Origin: Octopus bimaculoides
Taxonomy: Eukaryota
Direction: 5' to 3'
Length of the DNA: 64,000 nt
Assembly: GCF_001194135.2 (NCBI RefSeq)
Contig: NC_068981.1
Coordinates: 29,671,936-29,735,935 of the forward strand
In this document: in pieces, positions 1 to 12,372 of the stretch
Layout: the number at the start of each line of letters is the position of its first letter
How positions within the stretch are numbered: the first letter of the stretch is position 1
Position numbers and translations under genes: made by a program
Notes under the pieces: model-generated
Database searches by the model: none
The model's input: the letters and a program-made list of their open reading frames with translations, nothing else
What the model was told of the DNA's origin: nothing

Positions 1-882
1 ACACACACACATTCAAATAGATTCGCGCGTACACACATGCACACGCTCAAACAGATACACACTTTCAAACTGAAAATCCAAACACATACACACACGCACA
101 CACACATACATTCAATGAGATTCGTGCGTACACGCATGCACACACTCAAACTGATACACACTTTGCAAACACAAAATCTTAACACACACAAACATTCGTA
201 CAACTATAACAGTTACTAGAATGCATGATGCCTTGTATAAATTTTGTGAAGACTCGCTATCACGTTTTGTACTTTGTGTACTTTGAATAATTTATGTTAT
301 ACATTCGTCAGTGAATATGATACGCAGCTCAACATTTTGTAACCAAAAGAAAAGAAAACAGACTAAGATAGTTGTGTGATGATGGAATTCTATTTGACAA
401 CCCTAATACTTAAGTGGAACTGGAAGAATGATCTTGTTAACATATCACCAATGTCAGAATGTGCTTCGCAAAGCATGTACTATGCATTCTCTAGCTAACC
501 ATTTGCAGCAAGGAAGCCTGTGCTAGGTCGCTCAATATGCTTCAAATAACAACTGATTTTCCGCAAATCATATTTTATAGGCTTAGAAAACAACACATTG
601 GAAAATGTAATCCTGAGTTCTTTGGACCATGGAAAAAAGATAAGATGGTCATGAAATTACTTTTTACGCATTCCGATGCATGTTTACCATGGGACTAACA
701 TTTCCTGTATCGCTGATTTTGTATTCAGGCTTTCTCATCCTTGTTCAAGGAACTTATGAAAAAAATCTAAGAATTGATTCTAGATTTGCTGAGTGCATTA
801 AGTATAATGCTATAATTATTGGTAGAGACGTAAAAACGAAGAACAAAATGTCTTGCATTTCCCTGGTTCTCTCTGCTCAGGG

Positions 883-1152
883 TTCAAATATCAACGACGT
901 TCAGTATCGTCATGTTCAAATACCGGGGAGGTCATATTTCATCGTGGTCAAATGTTATTGAGGCCAAATGCCGTAATCAGATGCAGTCGAATTCAAATAT
1001 CGTCGAGGTCGAATAACATTGCCGTCAAATATCGTCATGGTAAAATACAGTCATGGTCAAATATTGCCTAGGTCAAACCTCGTCGAGGGCCAAGTATCAT
1101 CGAGATCAATTATTGTCATGGTCAAATACAGACGATATCAAATATCGTGGTT
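883..1152. repeat. Degenerate 16-bp minisatellite (consensus ~ATATCGTCATGGTCAA), roughly 16-17 units
   Basis: Recurring units such as atatcgtcgaggtcga, atatcgtcatggtaaa, atacagtcatggtcaa and atattgcctaggtcaa at ~16-bp period. Confidence 0.75.
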
Positions 1153-2171
1153 GAGTTTCATAAGTTCGGGATCGATAAAATTAAGTGCCAGTCCAAGACA
1201 TTGAATTGACTAGATTGCCAGAACATCGCACAAAATACCTTGTGGTGTTTGTTCCATCCTTTGTAATTTGAACTCTTTGGTAGTAGTAAGTTTAATCTAC
1301 GTGATATCGATATTTGCTCTGGTTGTTTACGTTCTGATGCTTGGTCGCCTTTAATGAAGCTCTGTGTTGCTGGCATTCTGGCCACAATTCAGGTTTCAAG
1401 ATAATTTCTACCATTCTTTCTACCAGTTTCAGAGGCCAGGAAGAAACTATCATGGAACTACGCTTCCTTCTCTAACTGTGTCGTAAAGAAAATTATTGTA
1501 CTTCAATTACTGGCTAATGTTTATATATATACCATAAATAAACTACAGAGTCCTCCAGTAACATAAAATGCCAAATTTAATGAATGACAATAAGACGACA
1601 TATGCACACACACACACACACACACATCACAAAGACAACACACACATACAGATAAATATATACGTTCTTGATCCTACATTATTAACGCTCTTCTTTTGGG
1701 GTTTAGTGTATACTTGACGTTTAGTTCCACTCGAATGCAAATTTGTTCAATACACAAATGCTCAATGCAAAAACAAAAACTATGTTTGAATTGATACGGA
1801 AGGTACAACTTGCAGATGATGGTACATACAGATTACACTCTTCTGAAGGAATATAAGAGCTCTTTAATACTTTCTTTGAAAACTTGCAAAGTTTTTGATC
1901 TTTCCCTTTCGTATCATAAAACTAGACGTGCTCATAAGCATTGTCTAAAAGCTTCTCAAGGTCCGTCGCAAAATCCATAAGGACCCTACCAAGATTTTCA
2001 TTTCATTTTACTACCACGATCCTACGATATTCTCAAATGCCAGAATTGAGAGATTACTTGCTATGCGCTTTGAAAGCAGCAACTCCTTTCAGAAATTTCG
2101 TTAGCTTGCTTGGAAAAATCGTAATGTTAAAATAATACTAAGTTATCTCATTATTATTTAATTGATGTGAG

Positions 2172-2378
2172 GGCAACGAGCTGGCAGAATCGTTAGCACG
2201 CTGGACAAAAACTTGGTGGTATTTCGTCCGTCATTAGGGTCTGAGTTCAAATTCCGCCAAGGTCGACTTTGCCTTTCAACCTTTCGGCGTCGATTAAATA
2301 AGTACCAGATACGCACTGGGGTCTATGTAACCGACTTAATCCTCTCCCACAAGCTGCTCTTGTGGCAAAAATTTGAAA
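2172..2378 (+). mobile_element. tRNA-derived SINE, family A
   Basis: gagctggcagaatcgttagcacg...ctgagttcaaattccgcc...gtcgactttgcctttca...aagtaccag. The tRNA-like head has a B-box-like gagttcaaattcc, and the same sequence recurs at more than 8 places in the window. Confidence 0.9.
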
Positions 2379-2785
2379 TCGCTTTTGTATTGATGTTTAC
2401 CGTAGACTTTACGTAGGAATTCTCTAGGTGTGTTTGGCATTAGAAGTTTGCACTTCTAATGTAAAATCTCATTGAATGACACGACACTGTATTGTGATAC
2501 CCACGAAATGTATAAGAAACTCTGAAAAAGGTAGTAACTGTTGACCACTATCCTCCCTCACAGACTGCATCTTCTGCAATGTGCCATGGTCACGTGATCT
2601 TGTAATTAGCTTATAGCTGATTTGTCTATATATCATAAATGGATGACGGACAAAGTTGTCCATGACAGGATTTGAACACAAATTAAAGAACTGTAAATTA
2701 ATACTGCAAACTGTTTTGTATTCTCCAGACTACCGACAATGCTGCAAAACCGTCGACCTAACCTGAATATAACATTACATGCGTT

Positions 2786-2820
<35 letters not shown>

Positions 2821-3497
2821 GTGTGTGACTGTGTATTTACTTCAGTGTTATACACACCTTATTCTCATTCATATAAATATATGTGAGTCACTATGTATGT
2901 AAGAACGTATGTGCCTACAATGATAAGAATTACAGAACATCGATGCACATATGCTAAATATTTTCCGCTTACAACAGTAAGAAAACATCCATAACATGAA
3001 CTGATTTAAAAACAAATGGTCTCCTAAATAGTAATATAACGAGTAGCAGGAACTAATTAATCTCATATTTTGTCACTTGTCTTCTGTTTGTCTTCCTGCA
3101 TCTCTGATAGATTATGTCCCTGCCGACATTATCATTGTAAAGAGGTATATCATTAAGTAAGGTTCCGGTTTTAACGCATCTCTACGAAATATTGCGAAAC
3201 ATTAGGCAATATTGCTACATAAACATATACAAAAAGCGTTCAGAAAATAGGTTTGAAACTAGATAGTTCCGTACTCGATCTACTAGCGCTGTGTGTTGTT
3301 GAAGTGTCTTCTGTTATAGTATGGTTTGGGATTGAGTTATTTTAGAATTTTGTTGCTGGAAAATATAAATGTGTAGAAACACAGTTTTATCATACATCCA
3401 TAAATACACACAGACACACACACACACAAACACAGATAAGTATGTTTAGACTTTATGTATGTAACCATACACAGACACGCGCGCGCGCGCGCGTATC

Positions 3498-3592
3498 GAT
3501 GTTTTCTATCTAGTTTGGATTCTTTGCCATCAAATTTGATTGCAAGGAATTCAAATTTGATGGCAAAGAATCCAAACTAGATCGAAAACATC
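3498..3592. repeat. Near-perfect inverted repeat (42-bp arms, 1 mismatch, 11-nt spacer)
   Basis: 3498-3539 gatgttttctatctagtttggattctttgccatcaaatttga is the reverse complement of 3551-3592 except at one position. Confidence 0.95.
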
Positions 3593-3669
3593 TATATATG
3601 TGTGTGTGTGTGTGTATATACCTTTATGTGTGCATATATATATATGTGTGTATGTGTGTGTATGTGTAC

Positions 3670-3990
3670 GAGGTTAAGTTCACAAACTTGCTTATTTCAT
3701 CGGAGAAGAAGGGTTTTGGCTGCTCGCACAGCCATTTATGCATCACTTCCTGCGCCTTTTCGTTTGTAGCAAATCGAGGATCTTGTGAATGACGTTTGAG
3801 CAGTTCAAAGAGCTGATAGTTGAAAGGGACGAGATCCAGACTGAATGCATACTATTGCAGCAATTCGATGTCCAATTTTTCAATGCTTTCATCTGTGAAC
3901 ATGGCCGTACATGGGTGTTCATTACCGTGCAACCATAATAGTGTCTTTGCCAATAGACCTCAGCGTTTAGTGCATTTCAGTTATTATTAT
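3670..3990 (-). mobile_element. Mariner transposase C-terminal remnant (pseudogenised)
   Basis: Minus translation EKLDIELLQ*YAFSLDLVPFNYQLFELLKRHSQDPRFATNEKAQEVMHKWLCEQPKPFFSDEISKFV matches the mariner HPPYSPDLAPSDYHLF..LK..L.G.RF....V...V..WL..QP..FF..GI motif region. Confidence 0.8.
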
Positions 3991-4945
3991 AGAGATGTTA
4001 TATATGTGTATGCTCACAAATGTCTCTGAGCGATTCGCGACTTGGAATACAAGGCTGTAGACCAGCCTTTACCAAGTAGACACATAGTTAAAGACACACC
4101 AGCTGTTTCCAACACGTTTTTGTCTTATACATTACGTAATTAGAACTGTGTTGCCCAACGTTCTAACCGTCCTTGAAGGAAATAGGTGTCATTCCAGCGA
4201 GATTTGTCTATTCCCACTAATTAAGAGAAACTACATAAAAAAATTTATCTGGTTGCTTTCCTATTTTCTGTCTTCTGTTAGTCTGTTGTTGTTTACTCCT
4301 ACGTCAGTCCTGATTTAAAATACCCCTTTTAAATAGAGGAATATGTGATTTGAGGAAAAGTTGACTGCCCTTTTCACCAACCAGCTCGTGTGTCCATACA
4401 TAGTTCCTTTATTGCTGTCTCTAGAAATATTTCTTTAAAATGGTAAATTGTTTTAGAATAGAAATACACTAAAGAAATCGAAAGCATTTTGGATTATCTG
4501 TCATATATCTTGCAATTTTTAAGTCTACCATATTTTGCGAATGGCATAAATATTATAAATTTCAATTTTAGAATTCTTCAATAACTTTTGTTTTTTGTTT
4601 TCTCTTATTTTTGTTTTTAGCCAAGGATATCCTTGTGTAAACCTAGAATTCTAGTCATATGTATTCAATCACCTTTTCGAACGATATTTTCACTTGTATC
4701 ATCTAAATTGCGTTCTTCCATTTTTAAGACGGTAGAATGTGGTTGAAAGGAAATATAGTCCCTTTTACTTGTAGGTCGAGCAACCACGTAACGGCTACCT
4801 TGTTGGTTTGTTATTGTCACTGAACGATAATTAAATGTAACAATATTTAGTATATTATCCACCTCTTCTAAACAAATTTAAGACGATAGGGCGTAGTTTG
4901 AAAAGATTTTGTTGCTATTTCTAGCAGATACCACGACTGAGTATT

Positions 4946-5154
4946 CTTTTCTACTCTAGGCACAAGACCCGTAATTTTAGGGGAGGGGGACAGGTGATTG
5001 ACCCCAGTACGCAACTGGTATTTAATTTATCTACCCCGAAAGGATGAAAGGCAAAGTTGACCTGGGCGGAATTTGAACTCAGAACGTAAAGACAGACGAA
5101 ATACCGCTATGCATTTCGCCCGGCGTGCTAACATTTCTACCAGCTCACCGCCTG
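4946..5154 (-). mobile_element. SINE family A with 16-bp degenerate target-site duplication
   Basis: Reverse complement of the family A consensus, flanked by accacgactgagtatt (4930-4945) and accacgattaagtatt (5155-5170). Confidence 0.9.
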
Positions 5155-5484
5155 ACCACGATTAAGTATTGGCTCACATATTAATTCTTCTGCAGTAAAT
5201 CCTCAAGATTTTCTGATTTCCTCTCTCTATTATATAAAACTTAATATAAATTTTCGATTTTTCCCTAAATACGTTTTACCGCTGCAAACTACTGTGTTCT
5301 TCGGGATATGATTTTTATTTATATAATGTAGATATTAAATATCAACGAGTCAACTTTGGAACAAGATCAGGAAACGTTCCCATTTAATGTTTACATTAAT
5401 ACAATGGAGAAATGAATTGATGTAACAACTCACAAACTATTCTTACTTCGACTTCAAAAATAAATAACTCCTTTGTCGTGTCAG

Positions 5485-5564
5485 TGAAATAAGTGATCTG
5501 AACAGAAGAGGTTATCTTGTGAGTTACAGGTCCCTAATACTAACGACGAAGAATTTAGAAGGTG
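5485..5564 (+). CDS. Candidate coding exon (EISDLNRRGYLVSYRSLILTTKNLEG), possibly of the same gene as the 39.8-42.9 kb exons
   Basis: Acceptor aactcctttgtcgtgtcag| and donor G|gtatgt. The 80 nt are open in frame, and the phase-1 end is compatible with the phase-1 start of exon 39765. Confidence 0.35.
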
Positions 5565-5640
5565 GTATGTTCATACCTTTCCAAACGTCAACAATCGAAA
5601 GAACTTCATACACAGAGATCGACCAAAGTTAAATTCGCAG

Positions 5641-5692
5641 TCTGCTACTACTGCTGTTGCTACTGCTGCTACTGCTACTGCTACTGCTACTG

Positions 5693-5755
<63 letters not shown>
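5641..5755. repeat. (CTG/CTA)n trinucleotide microsatellite
   Basis: Direct reading. Confidence 0.95.
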
Positions 5756-5893
5756 GAATAGATCAAATATGTAGGCATTCGATATGCGAAAAATAGCAGT
5801 GGAATCTACTTCATATCGTTTTAAAAAGACATGAAATAATAAATACTCCTATAAAGTCAAACTGGTCACAGATGGCATGACCGGGGCTAAACA

Positions 5894-5896
<3 letters not shown>

Positions 5897-5956
<60 letters not shown>

Positions 5957-5972
5957 CAGCAGCAGCAGCAGC
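5897..5972. repeat. (TAG)n(CAG)n microsatellite
   Basis: Direct reading. Confidence 0.95.
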
Positions 5973-8900
5973 AGAATCACCATAACAACCATCACCACTG
6001 TTTTCGAACTACAATGCATACATACGTACACACACATGTATGTATGTATGTATGTATGCATGCATGTATGTATGTATGTATGTGTGTATTTATGTATGTG
6101 TGTATGTGTGTAAGTATGTATGTACCGGAGATGACCAGTCTTTTCAGATGTTGGCTACGACACAATATAGAATGGCTAAAAACCGATTAGTGTTCATCTA
6201 TCATCCAGTGATGGTGGGGAAGGAGGCGACGTGGTTACGATGGAGAAGTGATAAATAGTGAAGAAGAAGTAGCAAATTGTAGGGAGAAAAAGAAGGAAAC
6301 ATCTCTTTCGAGATAGGAAGGTTTAGCAGTGAAAGGAAAGCAGAAAGGAAAGCCAGAGAGAAATGATCGATAGATTCCATTCAAAGACAGAGATAAATAG
6401 ATGAAGTCGGGATGTTGGGTATGATGAATAGATAGATATAGATATAGATATAAATATGTATGAAGATATATATAAAGATAAACATGAATATATAGATTAA
6501 TAAACAGATCGATAGATAAATATTTGTGCATGTATATATGTATATTATATATCACATATATTTTTATATATGTTTGTATACGTGTATATATATATGTATA
6601 TAAATGTGTGTATGTTACATATACATGTATATACGTGCATATGCACGCTCACACATAGACACGCATAAACACACACATACACATATAGATAGATAGATAG
6701 TCAAATAGATGAGTAGATAACTAGCAAGATAGACATATAATTAGATAGAAATATAGAAATATATACGTAGAGCTCTAGATACAGTTACTGATATGTGTTT
6801 GCATGTTTTACCATTTCATTTTACTTTTAATCACTTTTTTTTTTCCTCCAACTTAGATTTTAATTTGTAATTCATACATTTTGCATAATGTTCATTCTGA
6901 ATTATACATCAAATCAAGATGGGATATCTTGCTATGTTAGATATTAGTGAAAATTTGCATAAGTGCGTGAGTTAGTTTTGTATGAACCATTTGATGAAAC
7001 GACATGAGGAAAGGGTTGATGCAGAATATACGACAGTAAAACTGAATGGTAGCGAACCTCTCGAAATTCCCAACGGGTAATTGATCCATAATTCAGTTCT
7101 CACTTTTGGATTAGCTGGTGTTCCCTCCTACAATGAGTTATTTAGAAATATATTTCATCTTATATCACCCATACAATAATTGTAACGCATAAACTAGCTG
7201 AGGTACCCGGCGTTACTCGAGAGCAACACGTGTAGAAACATTTTATCTTAAGCATAAGCGATTTAGCTTGCAACAAGTCTTTTCTTTGTTATGAAGCCCT
7301 TTTTGTATGTAATTATATTTGCATCTAGTTTCTAGTATAATGCAGCTGTATATGTAAAGAAGTTTTCTTGGTTTCTATAATGTATGATGTATATCACACT
7401 ATGTCCTTTCACATAATGATATCGCAATAGAAATCTGTTTAATTTAAGGAAACCATTGCCAAAATTGGATAGAGTAAAAGCGAAAAATATTCCTCATGAA
7501 TAAGATGTCACCATTGTTTTATCTGGAACGAAGACCAATCTATTGTGATTAATACACTGTTTCAGTTTTTGTATGCCATAGCATTTAGCCTAAAGAATCG
7601 CCCGACTGGGAACTCAGCTGTCATCTTTGCCACCCATGCGCTAAACATTATTTTCACTCAAGATCAGTAGTTGTTGTTCATAGTAGAGATAAAATCTAGT
7701 TATGTGTTGTTTGTTTTTTACTGTTTTTCACTCTTGTGCTTGTGCTTGATACAGTTTTTCAGCTGCCATGCTGTTCTGATAATTTTCCCAAAAGGACTGG
7801 CTAACTCCCTCTGCGCATATCAAAATTATCATGTAACAAATTTTAAGCGCTAAGTTTGTCGAGAGAGCTGCTGTGGAATTTGCTGGCTACTTGCCTAAAA
7901 TCCACTAATCAGCTTGGTTCAGATTATATGTATTGTTAATGGATAAAATCTTTTAAGTAGGATATTTTCTTTCTGATAGTTTCCGTGATACAATGTTGGG
8001 AGATATACAGTTATAAATGTAGTCGTTAATAAAAATGTGCAACTTAAGAATAGTGCAACCGTTATATTTATTACAAATTATATGGTACACCAAGAAGGAC
8101 CGTTAAGATATAACCAGCTTACTGTTGGGCTAGTTGGCTAACGGACTGTTATGTCTCAAGCTACTGCTATCCAGCACCTTCGGATGATCTCTACTCAACC
8201 GCTACACAACTGCTACTCGACTGCTACCTAACTCACCTACTACGGCCAGACAACCTCTATTTATATGTCATGGGAGATCCTACTTCTTCGCCTGGGGGCG
8301 TCGACACAAAATGGACAAACATAGATGCTGTGTATAGGTCTATTTCCAGAGGAGTATATTTTCAAGGAAGACACATCTACACATATAAACGCCTGACGCG
8401 TTGCTCTAGTTGTCTTACCGTTAAAGTGTTGTTGTTGTAATTACGAGCCTTCTTTGGGGTTACATTATTATCATTATGGCTTAGATATGTATGTGTGTGA
8501 GTGTGTGTGTATGTGTGGAGGAGTGTAAAAAAAGATTTTCTAGAAATATAATTTTATATGTAAAATCGTTTGAGACTAAATCGCAAATAAATATCTGATG
8601 AAAGGAAATGCTTTGTGTAAACGCTTTTCGCTTTACTCAGCTTTTCAAACATACGTTTTGCATGATATTCCGTATAGAAGCAATTACTTATATAGGGATT
8701 ACATATGTGTTTGAAAAGCGTTTGCACAAAATATTACCTTCCATCAGGTCAATGTTTATCTGCCTTTTACTTTTTCAGATTTGTTTATTATCTTTTCTAC
8801 TATAAGCACAAAGCCAGAAATTTTGGGTATTCGATTTTATTGACCCTAGTTCTTCACTGCTACTTATTTTATCGCACCCACTTCCACAAAGAATAAAACA

Positions 8901-9829
8901 CAAATTCGACCGCGACGGAATTTAAACTCAGAATGGTCCTCAGCACTTTGTTCGGTCGCCGTGCAAACGATTCTTTTATTTATAATCAATAGCTTTTCAT
9001 TTAAGAAAATCATTTCCACAAATANNNNNNNNNNNNNNNNNNNNNNNNNNNNNNNNNNNNNNNNNNNNNNNNNNNNNNNNNNNNNNNNNNNNNNNNNNNN
9101 NNNNNNNNNNNNNNNNNNNNNNNNNNNNNNNNNNNNNNNNNNNNNNNNNNNNNNNNNNNNNNNNNNNNNNNNNNNNNNNNNNNNNNNNNNNNNNNNNNNN
9201 NNNNNNNNNNNNNNNNNNNNNNNNNNGTGTGTGTGTGTGTGGATGTAGATGTGTGTACCACCCTGAAGAACTTTTAGTTGAACCAATTAACCTCGGGATT
9301 TTTTAAAGCTTGGTACTTATTCTATCGATCCTTTTGTCGAACCGCTATATTACTGATGCGTAAATATATTAAGATCGGTTATCAAGCGATGGTGGTGGTG
9401 GTGGACAAACACAGACTCAGAAACACGCACACACACACACATGCAACAGGCTTCTTTCAGTTTTTGACTACGAAATCCATTCAGAAGATATTTGCCCAAG
9501 GTGCCTTGGCCCCTTGGGCAAGTGGGACTGAACCTGGAATTAGGTAGTTGAAAAGCAAACTTCTTACCACGCCACCACGCCTGCGCCTATGTATGTATGT
9601 ATGTATGTATGTATGTATGCATTTCTGTGTGTGTGTATTCCTATTTCTAATCGAAGTATATTATCAGAACTTAATCTATAGATCCCTTTGTGATCCAGCC
9701 AAAATTCGTTCAATAATTCCCGAATTTTCCTTGCTACCAGTCTTCTTAAATTCATTTCAAATTACAACTGCAACGTCCGATAACAACACCAGGAGCAGTA
9801 ATGTGCTTTCTTCTCCTTGTCTTTTGGTC

Positions 9830-10060
9830 TAGTGATATGCCTTATGCTCGCTGCCATATCCATCTATCTCTCATACAGTTGAAATTTACAGAAAAACAAA
9901 AAACGAAGACTGGTTTATAAAAAACAAGCAGGTGTAATAGTTTGACGATCGGGAAAGTGAAAAGGTCTTTTACGTTTCGAGTCTACGCTCTTCAGTAGAA
10001 AGGAATAAGAGAAAATAGACAGAGAATTAAAAAAAAAGGTGGATTTAGCGATCAAGCATA
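9830..10060 (-). mobile_element. Penelope-like element terminal fragment carrying a hammerhead-like motif
   Basis: Minus strand ctgaagagcgtagactcgaaacgtaaaagacc followed by a tail homologous to 20611-20720, where the same terminus abuts a GIY-YIG fragment. Confidence 0.65.
9961..10003 (-). ncRNA. Minimal hammerhead-ribozyme-like motif
   Basis: CUGAAGA-G(loop)C-GAAA-C-GUA with palindromic ACGU in helix III. Helix I pairing is weak. Confidence 0.45.
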
Positions 10061-10513
10061 TACTTCCTTTCCTTTTCTTAAAGCTCTTTCTATTCGTTAG
10101 TTACTGAAAATAAACACTAGCAGACTTGTACTCAGGAGCATAGATTCAGATACCAACATTCATTTAAATAAACGTACATTTAGTATGGAAATATATTATA
10201 TGTTTCTTCAAGTATCACCCAATCCATTTATTACATGTCATATTAAGAGAAGAGAGGATTAACAACATGCGTGAGAGATATGCAGAGGGTGTGAGTGAGT
10301 GTATGATAGATGTACTGAGAGAGGTGCAGAAAGCCTAAAAATACAGAGACAGATAGCTGGATAGCCAAATTATATATTTTCATTACTAATAAACAAAAGC
10401 ATTCTCTTCAGGACTCAGATTTCGAAAATCACATCCATTTTTCTCTAAACTGTACCGTTTTCAAGCCTTTCGGTAACAAACACATATATATACACACATA
10501 TAATCTCATTTAT

Positions 10514-10689
10514 ATCATAGAAGATACAAAGAGAGGGACGGACAGATAGACAGATAGACAAACAGACAGACAGGCAGACAGACAGACAGACAGGCAGGCA
10601 GACAGACAGGCAGGCAGACAGACAGGCAGGCAGACAGACAGGCAGGCAGACAGACAGACAGACAGATAGATAGTATGTTAGATTGTATT
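10514..10689. repeat. Inverted duplicate of 12829-13008 (unique flanks plus compound GACA/GGCA repeat)
   Basis: atcatagaagatacaaagagagggacgg...gatagtatgttagattgtatt is the reverse complement of 12829-13008, which has 4 extra nt. This copy ends at an N gap. Confidence 0.9.
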
Positions 10690-11478
10690 NNNNNNNNNNN
10701 NNNNNNNNNNNNNNNNNNNNNNNNNNNNNNNNNNNNNNNNNNNNNNNNNNNNNNNNNNNNNNNNNNNNNNNNNNNNNNNNNNNNNNNNNNNNNNNNNNNN
10801 NNNNNNNNNNNNNNNNNNNNNNNNNNNNNNNNNNNNNNNNNNNNNNNNNNNNNNNNNNNNNNNNNNNNNNNNNNNNNNNNNNNNNNNNNNNNNNNNNNNN
10901 NNNNNNNNNNNNNNNNNNNNNNNNNNNNNNNNNNNNNNNNNNNNNNNNNNNNNNNNNNNNNNNNNNNNNNNNNNNNNNNNNNNNNNNNNNNNNNNNNNNN
11001 NNNNNNNNNNNNNNNNNNNNNNNNNNNNNNNNNNNNNNNNNNNNNNNNNNNNNNNNNNNNNNNNNNNNNNNNNNNNNNNNNNNNNNNNNNNNNNNNNNNN
11101 NNNNNNNNNNNNNNNNNNNNNNNNNNNNNNNNNNNNNNNNNNNNNNNNNNNNNNNNNNNNNNNNNNNNNNNNNNNNNNNNNNNNNNNNNNNNNNNNNNNN
11201 NNNNNNNNNNNNNNNNNNNNNNNNNNNNNNNNNNNNNNNNNNNNNNNNNNNNNNNNNNNNNNNNNNNNNNNNNNNNNNNNNNNNNNNNNNNNNNNNNNNN
11301 NNNNNNNNNNNNNNNNNNNNNNNNNNNNNNNNNNNNNNNNNNNNNNNNNNNNNNNNNNNNNNNNNNNNNNNNNNNNNNNNNNNNNNNNNNNNNNNNNNNN
11401 NNNNNNNNNNNNNNNNNNNNNNNNNNNNNNCACACACACACACACACAAGCACACACACACACAAGCACACACACACA

Positions 11479-11525
<47 letters not shown>

Positions 11526-12160
11526 TTACAATAGGCTTCTTTCAGTTTCCGTCTACCAAATCCACACACAATGCTTTGGTTGGCCCGAGTCTATGTTAGA
11601 AGACACTCGCCCAAGGTACCAAGCAGTGGCCGAGAAGCTAACTTCTTGTCATACAGCAACGCTTGCCCCTATGTACTGCAAAAATAAAAAAATTTTAAAA
11701 AAATTAAATAAAAAACGCACAAAAGACCTCTATATCTTCTTACCAAATGTAGTAATACCATTACGAATGTACTTACCTGGTATTTGGTTCTGCTAGAAAT
11801 TGTAACCAACCACATTGTGCCCTCTTGAAAATGGAGGTAAAGGGATATTAGGGGAATATTGTCCTAAATATACTTTGTCCGAACAAAAAGAAAAAAAACA
11901 GGATGGTCACGGCTAGTCGATCCTTTAACATAACTCTTCGATCAGGATTAACATACAAGAGCCTCAGTTATTAATAATATTTCAATAAACCAGACCCTAT
12001 CAAAACGGTTTTCACCCAGATGTTAGCGAGAGAAATTATTTTACAAGTTCACCTTAGCATACAAGAGAAACATAATTTCATATCACGACCGATTTAAATA
12101 GTTATTACACTAAACAGAAGCGAAAATTCACAACACCACATACCTATAAAATAATAATCT

Positions 12161-12372
12161 TTTCTACTCTATGCACAAGGCCCGAAATTTTGGAGGAGGG
12201 ACCAGTCGATTAGATTTACCTTCAGTACGCAACTGGTACTTAATTTATCGACACCGAGAGGATGAAAGGCAAAGTCGACCGCGGCAGAATTTGAACTCAG
12301 AACGTAAAGACAGACGAAATATTGCTAAGCATTTCGCCCGGCGTGCTAACGTTTCTGCCAGCTCGTCGCCTT
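12161..12372 (-). mobile_element. SINE family A, near full length
   Basis: Reverse complement of the family A consensus. Confidence 0.9.

Noticed and set aside
883-1152. CRISPR-like interpretation of the regular arrays (also 51467-51569)
   Set aside because: The units are contiguous with no unique spacers, the context is eukaryotic, and no cas genes are present
1158-1385. Minus ORF MARMPATQSF... and a hydrophobic plus-strand frame resembling a TM helix
   Set aside because: Splice support is weak and no motif is recognisable. The hydrophobicity is expected from the antisense of A-rich DNA
4590-4760. Strong acceptor-like polypyrimidine tract at 4620
   Set aside because: The downstream frames close quickly or run into a dispersed repeat, and there is no convincing donor
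8419-8479. Possible minus-strand exon HNDNNVTPKKARNYNNNTLT
   Set aside because: The donor is good, but the acceptor lies in a CA repeat and the sequence is low-complexity
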